Shown here: piece after piece, positions 1-10,000 of the stretch
Position numbering within the stretch: position 1 is the stretch's first letter
Layout: each line of letters begins with the position of its first letter
Origin: Amphiscolops sp. MND2022
Lineage: Eukaryota
NCBI GenBank assembly: GCA_964187785.1
Contig: OZ076409.1
Span: 54,996,001 to 55,060,000, forward strand
Length of the DNA stretch: 64,000 nucleotides
Reading direction: 5' to 3'
Position numbers and translations under genes: made by a program
Notes under the pieces: model-generated
Database searches by the model: none
What the model was told of the DNA's origin: nothing
The model's input: only the letters and a program-made list of their open reading frames with translations

Positions 1-360
1 GTGAGTATCTTCCTCAGACATTTGTGACGAAGTGCGGACGTCGTGGACGTTTTCAACTGGGTTTCTTTGGGTCTGAGCAGCGGGTTCTTTGGTGGTGATG
101 GTTGGTTGAGAGAGTGGTTTTTTGTGATGTCGGCAATCGTTTCTATAATCCTGATCTTTTGGAGGTGTTGCTTTTTGATCCTCTTGTGGCGGGTGTCGTT
201 TCATAGAGGCGATTGCTTGTTGTCTCAGCCAGGCTTCTGATGGAGTGCCGGAGCACTCTACTGTCGTGTCGTTGGTAAACGTTGTTGGGGGTTCTTAAGG
301 AGAATATGCCTTCGCGTCTACTGTTTCCCCAAAGCGCAGGCGCGGCGTAATTAGTTTTTT
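1..360 (-). pseudogene. pol: Start of pol (-1 frame) of element A, contains a stop
   Basis: After the slippery site it reads LITPRLRFGETVDAKAYS, matching LITPRLRFGEKVDARAYS in B. Confidence 0.75.
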
Positions 361-1793
361 GATTCATCGTCGGGTTGGTTTGTTGATTGTGTGATGGAGG
401 TGTCCCTTTTACTTTCTTGTGTGTTGTGACGCTTAGGTCGTGGATCGTTGGCAGCGTTGGCTCCGTTCCAACAATCCTCCGTTTTGTGGGGCTTGCCGCA
501 GGTTTCGCATTTGGGTGGTTTGCCTGCACTGTGGTTGGTTGGTCCGTTGTTTCTTCGGGTTTGCATCCATTTGTCTCTCTTCATTTTACGACATTCAGCT
601 TTATGGTGTCCAAATTTATTGCAATAGAAGCAGTACCCTTTTTTAGTGGTTTGAGCGGTAGTTTCCGCTGGTTTATGTTCAGTTTTTGTTTGGGCAGGTT
701 CGATTTTGTTTAAGGGCACTAACGTTACCTCGTCTGGCGCTCCTAGTCCATTGAGACGCATTTCCCTCTCCAGGTGAAGTACTATATCGTTATAGGGTTT
801 GTCTTCGAGGTATGCGCGGTTTAGTATTTTCTTGACGTGATCTGGCATTTTGGCGTATATAGCTTTGTCTATGAACTGCTGTGCCTCTGTTCCGAAAGCT
901 TCTTTTGCCGTTTTCTGTAGTACATCCAGGAATTCGTGGAGTTTTTGTGTCGAGGGGTCAAATTTTAGCGCGTCCCATTCGCATCTGGCCTTTGCCATCG
1001 ACAGGTAGTCCCCAAATCGTCGTTTGAATATCGTTATAAACTCGTCTAGTGAGTCTTTCTTCGAGTCTTCAATGTTGCAAAAAGCTTGTAAGGCGTCTCC
1101 CCGGAGCAGGGAGTGGAAGTAGTTTATCTTTTGTATTTCTGTAAGGTGCGGATACATTTTGATATTGTTCCTAAAGAGATCTTCAAAGAGCTCGAATTTT
1201 TCGGATTTCCCGTCAAAAGTTGGGAGTGACGCCGTTAGAGCTTTTGGCATGGGTCGCATCGTGGTGTTACTTTGGTCTGGGGCGAACAAAATTCGCGTTA
1301 CTGCTGGGCGTTCTTTTGACTGGGGTTGGCTTTGAGATCGAATCTTCGTTCTCTTGGGTTGATTGGTGGAGTCGTTTAAAACTCCTTTCACCATGTTACG
1401 AATTATGCTATGGTCTTCGTTTTGGGTAGAATTAATTCGCACTGTTTTCGTCGGAGTATAGAAGCTTCTTGTTTCATTCTCTAGTTCTTCTGATACATGA
1501 TCTCTTATGTTTTCTCTCGTTTCAGGTCTCAAGAGTTTCAACATTTCCTTTTGAGACTCGAGCAAAAGAGTCTTAATCTCGGACGTTATTTCTTCCTTCA
1601 GAGAGGACCTTATGCTTTCCAAGACACTATTTTCTACTCTGGGGGACTTGGGTCTCGAAGGACCTGCTAATTCTACGTTTTGATCTAAGGGATGAGAACT
1701 TTCCGCATTTATTGGTGAAACAAAGCCTTCACTTACATTATCATCAGCTTCTCGCTGGGCATTCTTTCTCTTTTGGCTTCTTGTTGTAGACAT
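351..1793 (-). CDS. gag: Gag of element A with two zinc knuckles
   Basis: ATG at 1793 (MSTTRSQKRK) matches the start in B. Capsid-like PTFDGKSEKFELFEDLF; CFYCNKFGHHKAEC and CETCGKPHKTEDC knuckles; frame open. Confidence 0.9.
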   Translation of the reverse strand: MSTTRSQKRKNAQREADDNVSEGFVSPINAESSHPLDQNVELAGPSRPKSPRVENSVLESIRSSLKEEITSEIKTLLLESQKEMLKLLRPETRENIRDHVSEELENETRSFYTPTKTVRINSTQNEDHSIIRNMVKGVLNDSTNQPKRTKIRSQSQPQSKERPAVTRILFAPDQSNTTMRPMPKALTASLPTFDGKSEKFELFEDLFRNNIKMYPHLTEIQKINYFHSLLRGDALQAFCNIEDSKKDSLDEFITIFKRRFGDYLSMAKARCEWDALKFDPSTQKLHEFLDVLQKTAKEAFGTEAQQFIDKAIYAKMPDHVKKILNRAYLEDKPYNDIVLHLEREMRLNGLGAPDEVTLVPLNKIEPAQTKTEHKPAETTAQTTKKGYCFYCNKFGHHKAECRKMKRDKWMQTRRNNGPTNHSAGKPPKCETCGKPHKTEDCWNGANAANDPRPKRHNTQESKRDTSITQSTNQPDDESKN

Positions 1794-3514
1794 GTTGTTG
1801 AAGAAAGATTTGTTCTTGAAGAATTCAATTGTTACTTTCTGATTTTCAACAGGGTTAGTGGAATAAGAATAGTTTGAGAACAGCAAGTTTGAAACAACTA
1901 AGTTGTAGCACTGGCAAAAGACTGAGTCCCTTAGGAAAATTTGCACTTCCTATATATACCCTCCTAGCATCATTTGATCACGTACATATTTCCCAAATTC
2001 TTTAAAATGATTAGTCATTTCCTGTTTTTTCGGTGAAAAAATCTTTAAAATCCCAAAAGTGAGTCGACAATTCGACAAAATTTGAGACACGATGTACTAC
2101 ATTTAGTATTAGTCATCACACAATCATTTCATTCCGGCGTCCTTTTGCTTCCTCCCGAGCAGGAAGTAGATATTACTTCAGTCTATCAAACCGGAAAAAA
2201 TTCCCTGTTTTGCTGCTTCGGTTCGCGGGAAATTGACGCTGAGATGACGCTGACGTGAACAACTAATACCTGATTTTGAATTTCAACTTGATGAAAATGC
2301 AATGACTAATTCCAGACTAGGATTATTTAATCGATGCTAAGAGAATATTTCGGAAGATTAATACAAGTATAGGAATAAAATTAGCATTCATGAATTTCCA
2401 ACAAAATAAGGAATAAAACAGATACAAAACTTGGTTTGTCGCACCAATTGCGTCACATTTTACAGAACCAATAGTATAACAACAATTAGCATTTCCACAG
2501 CTATGATTTCGTCATCAGCACAACAGCTTCCAAACCCATTAGGGGAACTTGTATAAGAAAACAATTGCATCAACAATTATCATGTAAATATTTACCAAAT
2601 TGAAGATAAAGGTACAAACTTATGAAAATACATTTCTGGGTACAAAATATATTTTACCCGCACTGAACATGAGTATAAACTGTGACCTTTACCTAACTTG
2701 AAAAATCCCATTGGTGAAAATCCCATTTAAAGATATCCGGGTAGGTCTTCTTCTATCGTCAAAAATGCTTGACGACTAGCTAACGCACTAACTGGATTTT
2801 ACACTACACTTATAACAGATTTGTTTTAAGTGTGGAATTTCAGATAGCTTAACACTGACGAAACGTTTGCAATGCGGATTAAGAAAGGCCATTATCATTT
2901 TCCTTATGAAGCCGCGAATTAAACATGAGGATAAAACCTGTTATTTTGACAGATTTACCTATTTCCAACTAATTTCATAAACTTGTCGTCGTCACTGTGA
3001 CGCATTTTCTTGGCAATACTAAACTCTGCCAAGTTTGCCGCATCGTTGACGCATATCTCGAGACAAGTTAACAGCTAGTTACTAGTATTGTGACGTCACG
3101 CAGGCGGTATATCGGAATGATTTTCTAGCATAGTGGTTGGTATAGGCGGATAATTGGAATGAATTTTGGTTTGCATAGACGAGGCAGTGACGTCACTTAG
3201 TATACGTTCAAAACTTGTCTGCGTCCTATAGACGACAAATATACATGTAGCCAAGTTCTCACTGCCGTATTGTTTGCTTTGCGCAATTCGTGCGTCCTAA
3301 ACCACTTTAATTGCTGTTCAAACGCAATTAAATAGCCTTATTTTGACAAGGCGTAATCTCTCTACATATATTTCACAGTGTTTTTCCTTTTTAGATCTAG
3401 CTAATGTACTCTGTTTGAAGATAATTTGTGCCTGTATTCTTGTTTAGCTTAGTCTATGATCTTTTCCTAAGACATCTTTTAATTTAATTTTCAGGTGGAA
3501 AATGTTTAATTCAG
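1394..3514 (-). repeat. 5' LTR of element A, downstream part
   Basis: Ends ...CGTAACA directly before the PBS; TATA-like sequence near 1951-1958; homologous to the LTR of B. Confidence 0.85.
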
Positions 3515-5972
3515 TGTTACGACATATATTCGGGTCGTTTTGTGTAGAATTTATTCTGACTGATTTTGTCGGAGTGTAAAAGTTCCTAGTTTCGTTTTCC
3601 GTTTCCTCATCAAGGTTATCTCTAACATTTTCCCTCGTTTTAGGTTTGAGGAGTTCCAACATCTCCTTTTGAGTCTCGTCGAGGAGACTCTTAATCTCAG
3701 ATGTTATTTCTTCCTTCAAAGTAGCCCTTAAACTCTCCAAGAGGCTATCTTCAATTCGGGGCGATTTTGGTCTAGATGGGCACGCTACTACTACGTCCTG
3801 ATCCGAGGAACAGGGAACTTCCATTAGTATCGGCGAAACAAAACCTTCACTTACGTCTCTATCACCTTCTTGCTGAACATTCCTTCTTTTCTGGCTTCTT
3901 GTTGTTGACATTTTGCTGTAGAAAAGTTTTATCTTGAAGAATTGAATTTCTTTCAGAGAATATTTTCAAGCAGAGTTAGAGAATTAGAGTTTGACGAAAT
4001 TGAGAATTCAACTGAATCACACAATTACAAAAGACTGAGTCCCTCAGTCAAATAAAATCATCCTATATATACCCTCCTAGCATCATTTGATCACGAGCTG
4101 AAATCCTAATTTCCTTCGAACAATTAGTCATTTCCTGTATTTTCGGTGAAAAAATCATTTGTTTCCAATTTTACGTCGACATTTCGTCAATTTTTGAGAC
4201 ACGATGATCTACATCTTGTATTAGTCATCAAGCATAATCATATCATTTCATTCCGGCGTCCTTTTTATTTCCTCCCAAGCAGGAAGTAGATATTACTTCA
4301 GTCTGTCAAACCGGAAATGATTCCCCGTTTTACTGCTTTGGTTCGTTAGGAATTGACGCTGAGGTGACGCTGACGTGAACAACTAATGCTTGATTTTGAA
4401 TTTTAACTTGAGGAAAATGCTATGACTAATGTTTTCAGCCTTAGAATTGCTAATGATGCTAGGAAAAGTGGAAACGAAAATTATAGGACTAGCAACAATT
4501 TCTAAATTGGGCTCAATTTAGATGGTTATCAACTAATTAGAACAAGTCAACGAAGCATTAACGTTTACATTAGAGTACTAAATTAATTTAACTGCAACAC
4601 TTGGCTATTACAAAATTGTCTAAAAGGTTATGGAAATATGACGTGAGAATCATGAATTTCAGAGCGTGCAAATCCTCACAATTAAACCTTCATAAAATCA
4701 CGAGATTATGGGTTAGCGTCCTGACGTCGCCAATTTAGATCAACGGAGTAACACATCTAGTCACAATAATAGTTACAAATGCTAAGGAGTTCAAACATGG
4801 TTATCGCATACAACTGAGGCAACAATGAACACAGATATATTGAGAAGATACAAATGTAGACAAAACATTAGGAAAAATATGATTAAGTTATCAAAATATA
4901 GCTCTCTCTCCTGTTCATATTTCACTGTTGCACAGACACGGCCGACTGACGTCAAGTTGTTCAAATAGCATCCAAGGACTGTAATAGTTAATACAAAATG
5001 TACAGTGACAGCCTCCTCTCCTAGAATAAACTGTGACATCATATATTAAGAGTAGGAAAAACTCTAATTAGGTTGTTCTGCAACGTGATTTTAATAAGCC
5101 CGTAGACAAGCCGACGATGCCTGGACGCGAATTTTCAGGAATTGTTCTTATCTTTGTTGAACTAGTTAGAGTCCTTAAACGTTTCCTTTCCGTCAAATCT
5201 GTAATACCGATATTCATTTCACTATCTTGGATGGACTAAAACAGCTACTTTGATGGATTTTGGACGTAACGCGGACGTAAGCATTAGCATTGGCCTTAAT
5301 CTGCTGGTATTGGACGTAGCTTTGACGTAATTTTGGAGTGAAATCCAACTAGCTGTTATGGTTGTGACGTCACGCCGACGTCTGATTTAGAATACTTTCT
5401 GCCTCGTTAACTAGTTAGCGGCGGAGTGCTGACGTCACTATTATAGTAATATTTGCATGTACCTTTTAATATTTGTTTGCTTAGCGACGCGATACCGTCC
5501 TATTCTGCATTAATTGCTGTTCAAAGCGAAATTAAGTTGCCTTTCTTAGAAAAGGCTTAAATGTTTCGGTGTGTCATCTCATTGTATTTTCTATTTTAGA
5601 TCTGTTTGTTGTACGTTCCCGATTTGCAATTTTGAATGTGTTTTTGTTTAGATCAGTCTATGGTCTTTATTCTAGGACGTATTCCTAATTAAGTTTTCAG
5701 GTTGCGAATGTTTCTACTTTGACGTGATAAAAGCGTCCTGCCGGAAATGTATGAAATCATTTTGATTCATTTTAGTTTCTGTTTTCATTTTTGTTTAAAC
5801 TTTTCGTAAGTTGGGCGTTCGTTTCCGTATTTTTAGTCACAGTTTATTTCAAAGATAAGGTTTTAGAGTTACCAGTTAAAATAAGATTTGGGGAATCTCA
5901 AATTGCCTCCATGTCCTCTTCCGATCTTCAGTCATCGGCAACCACAAGCCAGACCGGGAGCGGGCTGTGACA
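3515..5972 (-). repeat. 3' LTR of B (2458 bp)
   Basis: Direct repeat of 17404-19859; includes a copy of the Gag N-terminus (ORF 3444-3911). Confidence 0.95.
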
Positions 5973-6576
5973 GGGCCGCTCTAGTAGGAAGATTGACGCT
6001 GCCCGGGGCTCTGAGTTGTGAGGTAATTGTCGGAGTAGTGGTGACTGGCTGTACTCTCCTCTCCAAATCGTTCAAAGGGCTTGCCTGCAAGAAATTTATC
6101 TTCCTTGGCGTTCCTGGCGTCGTGTTGAAGTAAGAAGAGGCGTCTTCTTGGTTCACCTTTTCAAGATATTCTGCCACTTTACTGCTGGTTATCGACTCTT
6201 TATCGTTTGCCGAGGTTTCGACAACAAATATGACAGATGACAATCTTTCATCTGGGCTCTCTGGAGAGTCGGCCATTACTACTTCTTCGGGACTTTCCGA
6301 TTGCGGGTACTGACCCGATTCCACAGTTTCGAAGCTCGTGTAGTGTTCGCTGAGTTTCATTCTTTTGCATTCAGCTTCCAGGGAGTCTAGAGAAAGTTCG
6401 AGAAATTCTTCCTCATCTGCAGTAGCTTCCGCCGACGAGTTCAGTATTTCGACAATTATTCTGGGGTATTCTTTGTTGGCCCTAGGTAACGGGGTAGAAG
6501 CCCTTGTGATCTCACCTTCCTCTTCGCTTGACGATGAGATGTCGATCAATTCGTATATATCTAGTAGATTATTCAT
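5932..6576 (-). CDS. Accessory sense ORF3 of B: acidic, Ser-rich, SIM-like motif, ends inside the 3' LTR
   Basis: 214-aa ORF containing ELIDISSSSEEE; same position and motif as ORF3 in C and D. Confidence 0.7.
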   Translation of the reverse strand: MNNLLDIYELIDISSSSEEEGEITRASTPLPRANKEYPRIIVEILNSSAEATADEEEFLELSLDSLEAECKRMKLSEHYTSFETVESGQYPQSESPEEVVMADSPESPDERLSSVIFVVETSANDKESITSSKVAEYLEKVNQEDASSYFNTTPGTPRKINFLQASPLNDLERRVQPVTTTPTITSQLRAPGSVNLPTRAALSQPAPGLACGCR

Positions 6577-6792
6577 CTTCTTTGTGAGGTTTCTTCCTTT
6601 TTGCAGCTGTCGTTCGTATTTAGTTGTTCCACAATGAATTTGGGATTAATTAGGATTAAGGAGAATATTGGGATAAATCCCTCCATTCTGATTGGTTAAA
6701 CAATCGTTTCAATCCTTTTTAATCTTCAGGTGTTGACGCTGTGCCAACGTCGTTTTTTATTGGCTGCAAATTGAATTAATTCGTTTAGCCAA

Positions 6793-6990
6793 GTTTGTCA
6801 ACGTTATGCTGACGTCATTTTCGCTAGCCTTAGCTAACTTTTGTTTTTGTCACCGTTATGATGACGTCATAATAGGTTATGGAATCGATTTCTGAACCCT
6901 GATATCCTTTTTTGCCGACGTTATGCCGACGTCAATTTCGCTGGTTCTCAACCAACTTTAGTTTTTGTCACCGTTATGATGACGTCATTT
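6793..6990. repeat. Four degenerate copies of TTGTCACCGTTATGATGACGTCA between the divergent accessory genes
   Basis: Copies near 6795, 6846, 6911 and 6963; CCAAT-like sequences near 6690 and 6759. Confidence 0.7.
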
Positions 6991-7006
6991 TTGAGTTTGT
7001 TTTCAG

Positions 7007-10000
7007 ATTCCCAGCTGTTTCTCGATAGACTCCCGTCCAATTGTTTCTGTTGTTGATCCTGGGGCCCAGAGTGGTCATGAGACTCAGTACGTGTTCACGG
7101 AGGGAGAAATGCGCCATAGTGACCCGGACAACTTCCGTTTGCGGGCAGTTGGTAAGTACTTTTTATTCCCTGACCCATTAAGCTTTTGTAAATGATACTA
7201 CTTTCAGATAGGCCTTTTCTGTTTCATATCTTCACAGCTTAGTTTTTCTTGACGCGTCGATGTTGGGATTGTACTTTTCTGTCAGAGCCCAAGGTGGTAC
7301 CTCCTCCTCCTCCTACACCTCCTGACGTAGGTTTGGATGACACTCCTGTGGTCAACACTAGTGTGGCCCCTTCTGTGGGTCCAGCTTGTACCCCCTGTGT
7401 TTCTTCTGTTCCTGTCTCTGGTGATGCTGAGACTCCTGATGTGTCAGGTTCAAAATCTGGCGTTACTCTTCCAGAGCCACCTGTTGGTTCTTCTTGCGGA
7501 GGCGAGATGACAACCCCCCCCCCCCGCAGGCAATGATGACGTTTTCGTGGCGACAACTCCGAGAACTGGGATCCTTAGTCAGACCTCCAGATCTCCTCGG
7601 TTGTCATCTTTCTTGCCGGGTTTTGGTAAAACTTTTGCTGCCCTGGCGCAATCAGAATCTCGGAAAAGAGGTAAGTTTGAAGTGTTATCTTGGTTTCTAT
7701 ATTGTGTGGTAGCTTTGTTGTTTCATTTTCCTCTTCTCTTTCCTCTCTTCTTGTAACGGTTGTAGTTTCGTTTGCATGATGTGTTGATGTTATAGTCGCG
7801 TCTACTGCTGCTGAAAAAACTGGGACAGGGTCTTCTGGCAAGAGAAAACGACAAGTGCACGTCCAGACGGCCAACTTGCAACTTGCTCATCTGACTGTGA
7901 GCGGTAATAGAATTTCTCTTTCTTGTAACCATAACTTAGAGAGTGGTGATGGCAGTTTGAGTATGGATCTATTTTGTTTGTAGATTCTGGTGATTGTACT
8001 GCTCAAGAAATCTCTGAAGTTAGCGATATTCCGGAGGCCGAACGTGCTGCAGTTGGACCTGTTCTGGCGAGTGAGTATTTGTATTATGATCGTGTCCATT
8101 GTTTCCTCTTTTTCCTTTCTTTTCTCATTGGTACGTTTCGTAATCGTCATTTGAGCGTTTTCTGTTGTTGCGCAGTTGTTATAGTCATGTTTTAGGTGGT
8201 GTTAATTCGTAGTTGTGTCGTTACATAGGGATTCAAGATCTCATGTCCCGAATGGAGAGTAGCCTGGAGGCTGTCGCCCTGCGTGAGAGTCCTGTCAGGA
8301 AGTATAGTAGTCGTCATCACTTGCGGAAAGACATGGTGGGCAATCATCCAGTCTTCAGCTTGTTCGTCAGTGGGGCCAGCAACGGGTCTGCATCGCGCTT
8401 CCACTGCATGATCTGTAAGCGCGATGTTTCGATGCAGTCTCGAGGTGCACGAGAGTTCGTTCGCCATTTCTCCGGAGATCACCATTGGACACGAGATGTG
8501 GCATACCGAGTGCAGCATGGTATGCCAGTCTTTGATCAATTGATGAAACCTCTCGAGTTAACGTCTGAACAGCGGGCTGAGTATCTTAGTCAGGACGCGG
8601 TTGAAAAAGACGAGGGTTTCAGTTTCACCGAAGATTTGTTGCCTGCATGCCCTCGGGTCGATTCGACGATTCCTCTCCTCACTATGGTGAATTGTGTCGC
8701 TGAATTGTGTAGGTGGGGTGGCAGCTACGTCTTGCTTCGTAAACTGTGGGGCAACTTCCGTGCCACTCTGGGGCCTGACAATCCCTTATACAGTCTCCAT
8801 TGGAACCGCCCTGAGACACTGGTCAGTAGGTTTTATAGTATTGTTCTTCAATGTACATAACGTAGTCGTCATATTTTGGTAGCTGGTTGGTAGTGTGGAT
8901 TGAGGGATTTGTGTTTCAGTCGTTGATTTGTCGTGCCTTGTTCCCTCGGGTGCTGCGTTTCATCACCTACCGTGTGACAGCTTTCAACTGCTACAGTGTG
9001 CGGTTTGAAGAGCGTTCTGATGGCCAGTATTGCTTCGTGCAAACTTGGGATGAAGAGACCTTTCTGGACATCTGCATCAACGTGGAGCCTCTGGGTCAGC
9101 GAGTGCCTCAGTCGGAGTTGTCGTCATTGTCGCGTATCATCACAAGTCTGCCTTCATCTCCCTTCCCCATCAGTATTCGTGGTACTGGCCCTTCAGTTCT
9201 GCGGGTGCTTAGCGACGAGCGTAGCGATGGTCATCGTTTTGTGTATGCCCGAGAGTTCTCCCCTGAGGTGTTCCTCCATTGCTATCGTTTGGCCCATCAA
9301 GAGATTTTTGGACTTTTGGAAGTCACCACTATGGTTGATTTCCTGATGCTGCGTCTGCGCGGGGCATTGCAGGAGCCCTGGATGGAAGACTTGCCTGAAC
9401 TTCGTCGCTGTGTGGTTGCCGGGAAAGTGACCTTCGATGAGCTTCGTGGGGTCGTGGCAGAGTTGATGTCAATCTGGGAGACTGTCAGGGAATACGTCCG
9501 GTACATGGGTCCCCGACACATCAAGAGTGAGTCCGACAAGGTGGGCATATTTTTGTTTCACGGGGGTATTAGTAGTCTTGTGGTAGGGTATCATCACTGT
9601 GACGGTTGGGCTAGATATTCATTCAGCTGTTGTTGTTTAGATGCGCGGCACTGACACTCTTGTCTATTCCGAGACAAGGAACAAATTGCGACTGGAGATG
9701 TTGCTTCATGTACTTGATCTGTGTAAGTTGTGTTTAGTTTTCCTTTTCATCGTTGGTATAGTCGGTCTTTTGATAGCTTGTGTAATAACGTGATCACTTT
9801 TGTCGTGTTTTTTGTCTAGGTGGCGTAGTCTTCGATAATTTGTTCTTATTTCCTTCTTGTGTTTAGATCATTGCACTTTCAAGAAACAGAGGTCTGGACG
9901 TGTTGATTACGCGTTCCATGCGTATAATGAAGTATGCCAGTTTGTGTACTGTTTGCTGACCCGTAGCCGCAAGTTGTCTAGTCTGCCACCTCTCAACGAT

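Noticed and set aside
1794..1946. N-terminal extensions of Gag in the ORF track (also 27568-27828 and 62308-62355)
   Set aside because: They use non-ATG or unconserved upstream starts; the aligned ATGs at 1793, 17800, 27567 and 62307 fit better
4791..5210. Small ORFs in U3 of the B LTR (4791-5042, 18678-19104)
   Set aside because: Repeated only because the LTR is duplicated; one is open in only one copy; no matching peptide is seen in the A LTR
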